DNA from: Bigelowiella natans CCMP2755
Lineage: Eukaryota; Protista; Cercozoa
Assembly (NCBI GenBank): GCA_000320545.1
Contig: ADNK01001088.1
Coordinates: forward strand, 1-64,000
Length of the DNA stretch: 64,000 bases
Direction: 5' to 3'
Below are positions 1-16,095 of the stretch, in pieces (positions within the stretch are counted from its first letter, which is position 1; every line of letters begins with the position of its first letter). The notes under the pieces are model-generated. The model was given only the letters and a program-made list of their open reading frames with translations, was not told the origin of the DNA and made no database searches. The translations under genes were made by a program, and so were the position numbers.

Positions 1-5352
<5,352 letters not shown>

Positions 5353-5893
5353 TCTGCAATACATGAAATAAGTTTAGGTTGTCACATTCGGTCGCGACTA
5401 TCATTGCAATCATCGCTTGTGTCTTCGGCACACCACCATTATCCTCTCCCAACCTTTTACTGTTCCTGATGAGTTTAGGGCGGAAAAGGATGCCATGATT
5501 ACCTTACGACAACCTACATCCTGATTTTCGAAAGGGAAATGGCAGGCGACTCAATCAATCTATCTGCGAGCAGGAAGAAGATACGAGCACGTAGTAGTTC
5601 TCTCAGAAGCGGGTGGTAGTCTAGGAAAGATTCGGGTCGAAAATCTACTGATGTGAAACAACAATGATGAAAACAACAAATTCTTTGGTGGTGATGATGA
5701 TTGATGATGCGCCAACAAAAAGAAAACAGGCCCAGTTAGAAAAGCGCTTTGCTCGTATATTTTCCTTGTCGCAGAAGATAAATGCAAATTATTTCTTAGG
5801 GATATTATTTATTGACGCCAGTTGAAAAACCTCTGCAATATTGAGATTTTTATTTAGCCGAGCAGAGACGGCCCAACCTCAAAAAGCCGAACA

Positions 5894-7772
5894 ATGTCAC
5901 AGAAGCTCAGCTTTGAGGGTTTGGAGGTGCGAATAACAACGGGGGTAGAACAAAAAAGGAGTCGTGAGATTGGGGTTGCATCTGGGTTTTAATCTTGAAG
6001 AATCGAATGTCGTGGAAGGAGTTTATACGATTAATACCAGTCGACAAAAAACTCGCCTCCACATGCTCGACAGAACATTCGGAACAAAGAAAGCATAACT
6101 TGCATTGAACTTATTTTGAGGTTGAGAGAGAGGTGTGATATTTCAGGTTCGACCCAATCTGGAAGATAGAGGTCGAAAAAAAAAACATGCTGGGCCTCTC
6201 GATGCGAAAACAAAGGAGCTCCACAAAAAAAAAAGAAAGGATTTGAACAAAAGGATGAAGCGGTATTCTCGCGGAGAAAAGATGAAAACGAAACCAATCG
6301 AGGACAAGAGGCTGAAGCATACAATGAAACGTAACGAGAAAGAAATTCATCAAGCGAGCGAAAGCGCAGTGCGTGCGGAAATTCTCCTGACAGAAGATGC
6401 AGGATACCTCGAGGCTGAAGGCATGGAAAGAACTTGGAGATTCAAACAAAAAGACATTGCTAAAGAAGTGGATGTACGAACAAAGGATAAAATTTTCAAC
6501 CTGGACATGAAATTCGGCCCTTATTTTATGGATTTTACACGAGAAGGCCGCTATGTTCTCCTTGGAGGGAAGAAAGGCCACCTGTCCGTGTTCGAATGGA
6601 AGAAATTTAATTTGCAAACGGAGTTTCACGTACAGGAAACGATACGCGATGTATCTTTGCTGCATAATCACACCATGTTTGCAGTAGCACAAAAGAAATA
6701 CGTTTACATATACGACAACAGTGGAATTGAACTGCATTGTCTCCGCCATCATACAGACATAAACCGATTAGAATTTCTTCCATACCATTTCCTATTGGCT
6801 TCAATCGGAAAAACTGGTTATCTCAAGTATCAAGACACCTCTACAGGAACAATAATATCACAGCACAGAACTAAGCTGGGAGATTGTGGTGTGATGGTCC
6901 AAAACCCCCGTAATGCTGTTTTATGTCTTGGACATAGGAACGGCACTGTTACAATGTGGTCTCCGAGTATGTCGGATCCCTTGGTTAAAATGCTATGCCA
7001 TCGAGCACCTTTGACAAGTGCTGCCGTTGCCCAAGACGGTGTACATATGGTGACAGCAGGTCTAGACGGTAGAGTCAAAATTTGGGATCTTCGCACATAC
7101 AAGGAACTTTATAATTACTACACAGTGCGTCCTGCAGCAGCAATCAGTATAAGTCAGCAAGGGCAACTAGCTCTTGGATTTGGCTCTCACGTCAACGTAT
7201 GGAAGGAAGCTTTTGTGAAAAAGCAGAAAGATCCTTATGTGGTTCATGAGATGCCTGGCCATACTGTACAGAGACTTCAATTCTGCCCGTATGAAGATGT
7301 TTTAGGTATCTCGTCGTCCAAAGGCTATAGCAGCATTGTAATCCCTGGAGCAGGAGAAGCAAATTTTGATACCTTCGCAGCGAATCCTTTCGCAACTAAG
7401 AAACAGGCAAGGGAAACCCTCGTCAATCAGCTTCTGGAAAAAATTCCTGCTGATATGATATCGATAGATAGTGACCTCGTTGGCAAAATAGATGATGCAC
7501 CCCGTGCTGTTCAATTCGCTGAGAAGGTAGAAGAGCAGAAAGAGAGGGAAAAAGAGCAAAGGAGAAACAAAAAAGAAAAAAAGAAAGCAAGGGGAAGAAA
7601 CTCTAGCACGAAGAGATGGCGACGAAAACGAAGCAACGTGATGGATGAAAGGACTGCCAATCGACGCAATAAAATTGCGAAGATTCATAAAGAGAGAGCT
7701 TTGAAAAGAGAGCAAGAAAAGAGAACGAAATCTGGGCTGCCGACGAATCCTCTTTCGAGATTTAAAATGTGA
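5894..7772 (+). CDS. UTP7: U3 snoRNP WD40 protein UTP7/WDR46 (BING4); probable short exon 5894-5926 plus exon 6147-7772
   Basis: 545-aa ORF with AEILLTEDAGYLEAEG, LEFLPYHFLL, GHRNGTVTMWSP, FCPYEDVLG and IPGAGEANFD (BING4CT). Exon 1 is inferred from an ATG, GT donor and phase-0 AG at 6145-6146. Confidence 0.95.
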
Positions 7773-8293
7773 AGAAATAAATAATAAGCCCTTGTTTGAT
7801 GTACTTAGGTCATTGTATGAATCGAACAGCGCGAACGTACGTACTGCGATGTCATGGCATCCGGCGCGCCCTGGCAGTAGCGCACAGCATGTATCCAGCA
7901 CATGTTGTAACGTACTGAACAGATATCCTAGCGATGGAGCGCAATGCTCCCCACCGTCACATTGCCTTTCTAGTTTTTGCATCATCACATCAGCGCTTAC
8001 ATGAGTAGTAGGTAAGCTGTTATGAAGTGGTTGCATTTAGCTATAGTAGCGGCATTATGAGACGGATGTACGTAATAAATAAATCAAATGCCTTTCCAAT
8101 GGTCATCCTAATGTAGCTATGCTATACTGCAAAGTTGCGGCTACAGCGGCATTATATACTTAGCAGCTTTATTAGTGTAAAGTCAGTGATCAATATGCTA
8201 TGTGCCGTGCATGTTCGATTATTGCATTGAGAGTACGGTGTGTACCCGTTGTGTGTAACATAGTATCGTTGAAAGTTAAAAGACACAAAATAT

Positions 8294-10163
8294 CTAACAT
8301 GAAAGCTCATTGTGATGCTCTAAAAATGCGTCGTATGCCTCGATAAGTCGCTTTCTAATTGGAATGGCATCCTTCCATAGCTCCGCTTGAAGAGTTTTGT
8401 ACTGAGCCCTACCTTCATGAGTCTCGATGGGAATTGGAGAAAGCTCAAAATCATCAACTGCGCCTTCAGCTGCATAAGGGCTTGCGCGAATATCAATAGC
8501 TCGTGCTCTGGTTGCGATGGATAAAGAGTCGTGGAGCAATTGTGAAGACACCCATGGGAAGAGTTTTATACTCCATTTGAAAAGATCCATGTTTGCATGT
8601 AAACATCCCTAACATAGTGTTATTAAGTCAAGTACAAATTGAAATATGCACGCCTATTTACTTACTGGTTGTTCGAACTCTGGCTGAGTTTGCCTAGTAA
8701 GTTGATTCACATTTTTTTCGGTGGCGTCCTAATAGATTGCAGAGAAAGTAAACTCTTGAATATCAAGGCAAAGTCCAATCTACGAAAGGGAGTCATGCCT
8801 CACTCATTAATATGTTTCGGAAAACTGATTTTGGCCGAATATACAATAGATAACACCTTGGCATAGAATCGAAAGGCATCGAAGTGCGTGCAACGAATCG
8901 GCTCGGCTTCTACAGCACTATTGATTGTTTCTTGTGATATCCTCAAAGGTAATGATTGATACTTGCGTGGAGCCTCGTGCATGGAATCTTGAGGATAGTA
9001 AAGCATTGCCCATTCATGCATTCCGTAACAATGTAGCTCAGGTTTTTTCTCCAAAGTAGCCTTCAAAAGATCTCGCGTCCAACGAAGCGATTCTACAGTC
9101 TTTGGCTTTGCTAGTAAGGGTTCTGCCCAGGCTATATGCTGCTGTCTAGTTTCTCCTTCTACTTCTTCCTCTCCATCTTCACTGAATGAAAACCCCCTTC
9201 TTGGCAGTGATTCGTCGCCCTCTGTAGCCTGGAAAATGATAATATATGTGTATGTACACACATGCACGCATTCAAATCAAGAATCCTGCTACTATTGTTT
9301 CCCCACAGACAACTCGTTTGAGATGATGTGATAACCCTGTTGGATAAATTTACCCCTTCTAGTAAAACTCCAATGCCAGGAGAATATTGTAGTAACATTT
9401 TCGGCTGAAATTGGAAGAATTTATGGTTGAGGGTATATGCGTCTCAATCCAACATACAACAATGACCTTAAACATGTAGTATTCAAAGATAAAATTGAAG
9501 ATAGGATGGTGGTGTGTCCTTTTCTTCTTTCCACTTAAGTGGTCGCCAAGAAGTTCGCCGATTCTTCGTTTTTCTTGCTCCATTTTCGCTCTCCACTCGT
9601 GTTCGCTCAAGGATGTCCATTCCCTCAGTCTTTTGCACGGTACTAATATTATGATACTTCTCAGCAACTTCTGTCAACAAATTTAGTCAAATAAAAGCAA
9701 CTGTTCCCCCCAATGAAATCCTCGCAATGATAAAAGTGGGTTCTGACGACATAGCACGGCGAGAGTTACTTCTTGAATCGCCGTTCAGGGAAGAAAAAAG
9801 TGGGCTCCTTCCTTCGGTTTTTTTTGAGTATTCGCAGTTCAACTCAAAGGTCAGCTTTGGTGAAAATTTTGTAGGACGATTTACTGCTGAAGTTCGTCGC
9901 CGTATCAATCTATTGTTTTTGCTTGCAAAGCACGAAACAGGCCTAGAAACCATCTTAAGGATTGTTGTTCTTTTGGCAGAAAGTGGCGGAAAGCGGAGGG
10001 AAGTGATCACAAGCATATTGATGAAGAGCAACAACGTGCTTATCATCTGATAACCCCCTCCCTTCGCTACTGGTTGCGGATTCCGACCCAGGGGCAAGCT
10101 AGTAGGGCACCAAAGATCGGTCGTCGTTCTTCGTGGTGAAGATGGCAATTTGGATTTGCCCAT
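8294..10163 (-). CDS. Homolog of the uncharacterized bacterial family often annotated '3-methyladenine DNA glycosylase'; N-terminal hydrophobic plus Ser/Arg-rich leader
   Basis: Spliced motifs HPIFNFIFEYY, CYGMHEWAMLY, PLRISQ, IRCTHFDAFRF, EQPGCLHANMDLFKW, DIRASPY, IPIETHEGRAQY. Start could be 10163 or the downstream MISTLLL Met. Confidence 0.75.
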
Positions 10164-10930
10164 TCTTCTGCTTTTCTTCTTGTCAGGAGATCTTTATCTT
10201 ACGGTGCTTTTTTTACCGTTGGATGATGGCCAAATGCCACCTTGAGACAACACAAATGAGGTGACACACAAGCCGAATCGCATAGCCCGTTCTCATGCTT
10301 CCATTACGCCATATTTATATTTCATGAGCTCTGATGATGACGGACAAGGAAAACAGCCTTAAAATATTTCATCTTATGATTCTGTGCGTTGCCTTGAGTC
10401 TCAAAAATAGGAAGGACGAAGGCGAGCTGGCTCGAGCAAGGAGGTCCCCTCCTCCGCTTATCGATCCAACCCTTCAGTATGCCCAAATGTCCCCAATGTG
10501 ATGTTCCCTTGGACTCTAAAAATGAAAGGGATCATCTAGAAACCATGTGTCCCAAGGGATTGGTGGTAAGTAGACCCATCCAAACAAAAAGTACACTTCC
10601 AAATGTTACGTCATAATGAAGACTGTGGTTCTTGTTGAGTTCTCGATTTGTAAATCTACTTAATAGAAGCATTTGAGAAATGAAATAAACGTCAACCAAA
10701 AATATGTAGGCTTGCCCCTTGGGTTGTGGCTCCAAATTCCCTAGGATGGCTTTGCATGAGCGAATTTCTCACTTTCGTGTTTGTTCCTCTTGGAAGATCG
10801 CGTGTCCGGTAGTTTTCCACCAATGGAAATAATTCTGGAAATATTAATTAGTTGCAATTTTTATCAGTATACCGGCGAGGCTATTTTCCGCTCAAAATGG
10901 GAATCTCATTCGAAGACTTGCAAATCTGGG

Positions 10931-13900
10931 ATGAGTTCCGCTGAGATAAGGAATTTGAAAATGGATATCAAAGGGGTGGGTAAAAGTGATGAAACGGCCC
11001 CAGACAACAAATCTGTTGAAGTAAAAGAAAAAAAAAACGGGGAAAAGAGGATAGATGTTTGCTATGACTGTGGAGGACGCATTCTCTCATACGATGTCCA
11101 CAAGACCATTTGTCTGGGTTGCTTTGAAAAAAAATTGAGGTATACATTATACCATAATGCTATTAATATCATCGTAGTTCTGAGAATGGTAACTTCAGAC
11201 TTGAACGCAAGCGGGATGCAGTCTTCGCTGCACTTCAGAATCCACGAGCAGCAGCAGCGAATGTTGGGGATGTTCCTCCCTGGGAACTAATGGCAGGCAT
11301 GACACCTGAGGAGCTCAGGTTGCATTTACAATTTAAAAAAGGACTGTATTTTCACTGACTTTGCATTCGATCAGAGAGCGATTGGATAAAATGGGCACGA
11401 ATATTGGAGGCAGTGGGGGTCTAGGAGGGCTAACAGGCTTAACAAATCAAGGCAGTAATCCTCCTTCGAACCCCACAGAAGGGCCGCGTCCAAGAAGAGC
11501 GTCAGCAGATATGTCTCCAGACGAGCTCCGAGCCATGCTTGCACAGGTAGCTTTCAGAATATAAGGGGTAGCTTCAATTTGTAATTTCTTCGTAATTTCT
11601 TCAATAATTATATCAGGTCGCACATGATTCCCTCATTTATAAAGATTCTGCTGCAGCCGATGAGATTGGCATGCCAGTATCACCTACTCAGGGGACTGAA
11701 GGCCCGACCCCATCATCTTGTCCTATCGGGGATGAGAATAGTAACATGGCTGATGAAAATGGAAACTTAGTGGATGGGAGTGAGGGCAATGAAGAAATAA
11801 ATCCTCTCGCAAGAGCATGTGCGGACTTCGAAGGATCTGCAGAAAATGGCACATTATCATTCCAAACGGGCGATGTTCTTGAGATTATTGATATGGTGAG
11901 TACGATACAAGTCGGATTAGTTTATATTTAGAGGTTTCGGTTGATATGTTGCATGCTATTATGCCACGCTTAATATCGCTTGCGTTTTTGTCTCGATATC
12001 ACCCTAGCTTTAATCTACTATAATACTATAGAGTGACGCTTGGTGGGTAGCACGGATGGGGTCTGAAGAAGGGCTTGTTCCCAGTAATTATGTGGCGCTG
12101 ATAGAAGAAGAGGAAACAGACTGTGCTGATGGGGATGAGGAGGAGGACGACGATGATGAGATTGAAGTAGTCATTCCACAAGATGCAACGCCAGGAATGA
12201 CCCTCAATATACAAGTGGACGGCATGAAATTTGCGGTAGTTTTTGTAGAAGTATTGGTTGGATATTGAACATGAGTCCACCATTACAAACCCGCTAAACT
12301 AAAGCGGAAAAATATCCTTTCATTACAGGTTGTGGTTCCAGACAATGCCAAGCCTGGAGAAACTCTATTTGTAAATTTGCCGAAAGAGCAAGAACAATCT
12401 CAGGGCATTGATACAAGAAAACCAGGAGCTGTGGCAGCGCCCATGATGGTAGATCCAGCTCAAGCTGCGGCCGAGTTGTTCGCATCAAATGTATTTGAGA
12501 AATTAGAAGAGCAAGTAAGAAGTGGCGCGGCAGAAAACGATGATAGTAGCTCAGAGGGTGGCCATGGTTTTGTTGATATGCGTGCTTTTAAGTCCTTCCT
12601 CGTCCATGAAAATAAAGCGGACGCAAGCTATATAGATCAAGCTGTCAGACTCGGGGCCTTAAAATCTAACCTCCAAGCGAGGAAGCCTGTCTTTATTAGT
12701 CTTGTGACAAGTCTTTTACTTAGGCAAAAGACAGGAGAGAAAAGAAAAGCTATTGAAAATCTTTTTGATAGTTATATCGACTTTTTTACCTACAAAAAAA
12801 TTAACAAGGAAAAATCTCGAAACCAGAAACTATTACAGGAAAAGAAGCTAGCCAAAGCCCAATTATTGAAGGAAAAGGAGGTGGAGGAACTAAAAAGGAA
12901 AAAGGAGAAAGAGAGACAAGAAGCCGAGGAGGCCCGACTGAAAGAGGAGGAGAAGAAAAGACAGGAAGAGGCCGAGAAGGCCCGCGTAGAAGAAGAACGG
13001 CGACGGGAGCAAGCGAGAATAGACGCCGAAAAAGCCCGGCTGAAAGAGGAGGAGAAGAAAAGACAGGAAGAGGCCGAGAAGGCCCGCGTAGAAGAAGAAC
13101 GGCGACGGGAGCAAGCGAGAATAGACGCCGAAAAAGCCCGGCTGAAAGAGGAGGAGAAGAAAAGACAGGAAGAGGCCGAGAAGGCCCGCGTAGAAGAAGA
13201 ACGGCGACGGGAGCAAGCGAGAATAGACGCCGAAAAAGCTCGAAAGGAAAAAGAGAGAATAGAAGCCGAAAAAGTCCGACTGAAGGAGAAGGAGGAGGAG
13301 GAGAAGAAGAAAAGAGATAATGCAATAAATCTTGAATCTAGGAAGGTGATCAAGGAAGCGGGAAAAAATCGAGAGAAGAATATGAAAGATGAGCGTCGAC
13401 AGTATGAAAATATGAGGATGAACGCTTTGGAGAAATCTCGGCTGTTGGAAGAAGATAGAAATAGACGCCAACAAAAGAAGATGTTGATGCAAAAGCAGCA
13501 GCAACAATCTCGAACCCAGCAGCAACGGCGGCGTGGTCGGTTGGTCGCTAATGATAAATCTATTGTGATACAGGAGACACATCAGACTACTAGGCCTTTA
13601 TCAAAGAAGCTCAAACAGAAGCCGACAATCTTATCGAATATAAAACAGCCAAACAATTTACGACTTCAAGGACGAATAAATAGAAATTCTAGAAAGAAGC
13701 CGACTCGTTCACAGAGTATGATATTGCCTGCACCATATCGCGAAAATCGAGCCGGCGATGTCGACGAAAATGGTTTTGTTATCGTCTCTCAGCCCAAGTA
13801 AATGATAAAATGATTGTTGACACCTTTTTCCTCTTTTTTTGGTGTGATGATGTATTTACTATCGTATTATTTTTTTTTTTAAATTTGATCCCCTCGTGTT

Positions 13901-14504
13901 CTAATTTCAGTCCGATGGAATCTCGTCACAACACTCCTCGCAAGCCTCGTCACAACTACCATAGTTCTTCCCATCGTCATAACCCAGCTGCTGTGAACAC
14001 TCGTGTGCGCGGGCAGACTGTTGGAAGCACGACAGAATTAAAATCATCTTCGCTACTGTACATTCGATTGCAAAATCAAGCAAGAAAAGCTATGGAAGCG
14101 GGTGACCATAAGCAGGCTGAGAGTCTTTTTAAGGCGGCAATTAGAGCGGCTGAACAACAGGTAGTTTCGCATTTTAGCTTTTCGAAAGCGACTTTGAGAT
14201 ATTTGAGACAGTGTCCACATTACTGCCACCATGACTATTCATTTGTCTTACAATCTTTCAGGGTAAAAATGAGAGTAGGCTAGACGTATCTGAAGTGGTC
14301 AGCAACACTGCACGAAGTATTTGTAAGATCTCACTGTGGGGATGGCAAACGTGATGGACTTGTTCTAAGATTCCAATGTTCACTGTGCATCGAACAATCA
14401 AGTTGTCTCGAATGAGCCATCGCATCTTTGGCAAACAAATAAAATTACGACAATCAGTGGATGGACCAATCATGAATGAGCTGCTGACCGCACACAATAA
14501 ATGA
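10931..14504 (+). CDS. SH3-domain protein with an N-terminal CxxC..CxxC and a long E/K/R-rich helical region; 3' end uncertain
   Basis: ARACADFEGSAENGTLSFQTGDVLEII | DAWWVARMGSEEGLVPSNYV is an SH3 domain; 489-aa ORF 12332-13801; terminal exon 14370-14504 is inferred. Confidence 0.7.
12932..13237 (+). repeat. Coding tandem repeat, 3 x 102 bp (ARLKEEEKKRQEEAEKARVEEERRREQARIDAEK)
   Basis: Units start at 12932, 13034 and 13136 and are nearly identical. Confidence 0.95.
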
Positions 14505-14644
14505 AGCATTGTGACCACGGCCCCCGCACCAGTGGACTCATTTGTAGCAGCTTGCACTGTCGCACATGTCTGGGCGCATTGCGAAATCAATGTGGGAACT
14601 GATGACAATGAGATGTCCAGTTGAGTCTTTTCGTAATCTAGTAA

Positions 14645-16027
14645 TGGCATGTCCAGCTAGCCAGTCTAGCAGTGAATGCAAAGCACAGCATGGCAAGCGC
14701 TGCGAAGCGCTGCACTTTCGAGCTCCAGAGCTTTTGTGTTCCCACCCCCTCCTTCCCAGCCCTAGAGCCTAGAAGCTTCGAGCATTGCTAGATTGCTAGT
14801 TTGCCAGTCAGAGCTAGCTAGCTAGCTAGCTAGTGAGCAAGCTTGACTTTGCGCCTTGCTAGCTTTGCTTTGTGCGTGCGCAGCTTGCGAAAGTGTGTCT
14901 GCTCGTGTGTGGCTAGCTGGCTGGCTCTAGGGCTGGCTAGCTGGGTGTCATGCGTTCTAGCGTTGTGCATGAGCAGCGCATTCGCAAACTGGACTAGTCT
15001 AGCAGTCGCGCAGTGGACTCCACATGCCAGCATGCACGCTGCCGCCTCAGTCGCTCCCGAGCTAGCTAGCTAGCGAGATCGTTGATGAACAATGAAAACA
15101 ACACGTGCGGGGGGGTCATGCTAGCATGTTCGGAAGCTCCCTGAGACAGCAAGCTAGCAAGGGAGACCTTGAATGATGTGACACACGTGGCGTGCAACAC
15201 GCACATCTGGGCATTGCCAGATTGCATTGCGGTGTCCATCACTTTGAGAAACACAAAGTGCACACAAAACACAGCTAGACAGGTTGATTGAGGGGACAAA
15301 TCAACAGGAGACCGCCTGCTTGCTGCTAGCCTGACCTTTGCGCACTCTGGCACTGCACGCAGTGGAGTCAACCAACGCGGAACTTTGCAAACTTCAACGA
15401 CGAAACACTTCGACACTCAGGCATGTCGCTCTGACAAGCAAGTTTGCGCTTCAGTGTCACCCGTCAGCCGTTTTGAACCACACAGCAGCCTGCTGGCCTG
15501 CCTTGACCACGAGGTCAAGCTGGCAAGGACGACGTGCTGGCATGGCCCGGCTGCAGCTGTGGCCGTCTGACCGTCGCAGCATGCGAACATTGTTGAACGG
15601 TTTCAATGACGCGCTGCATTGCTGCACCATGCTTGTGCTAGTGTGGTGACAGAGCCGCCAAAAATTTTTCCAATCAACACACTCGCGTGCCAATCTAGCA
15701 ATGCCTGTGCCTGCCACTGAAAGTGCGTGTGTCAGGCACGGTGCAACACCACTCAGCAACACCACGCAGCGCGACACAAAGAGAAAGACAATGGTGAAAA
15801 ACTGCATTTCCAAAAACGTTGCAAGACATTTGTAGTGCACGCGAAACGCAGTGCCTTGAACTAGCTCTGGTGACAGCTAGACACAATTGACTAGACAGAG
15901 AGCTCAGTTGCTGCTGCTGAAGGAGCGCCTGGGATGCAAATTTTGGGGATGGAGCGTCGTCGTGCGACAAGGATGTGCATGGCGTTTGAAGGGTGCGACA
16001 AGCAACAAGCAGAACCAAAGAGAACCA
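14645..16027. other. Intergenic island depleted of TpA except in CTAG; includes (CTAG)n runs
   Basis: By-eye count: about 30 CTAG and one other TA (GTAG, 15832) in ~1380 bp. Confidence 0.9.
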
Positions 16028-16095
16028 CTAACACGACGTGCACCCCCCCTTACGCCGACCGGGATGAGTGGATGTGGTGTGTTGCCTAGTGGTAG

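Noticed and set aside
7302-8036. 244-aa minus-strand ORF
   Set aside because: Mostly the antisense shadow of UTP7; no domain.
12790-13582. Long minus-strand repetitive ORFs
   Set aside because: Antisense of the purine-rich coding repeat.
14645-16027. Transposon or viral insertion as the identity of the island
   Set aside because: No transposase, RT or integrase motifs, terminal repeats or TSD seen. A decayed TE cannot be excluded without a search.
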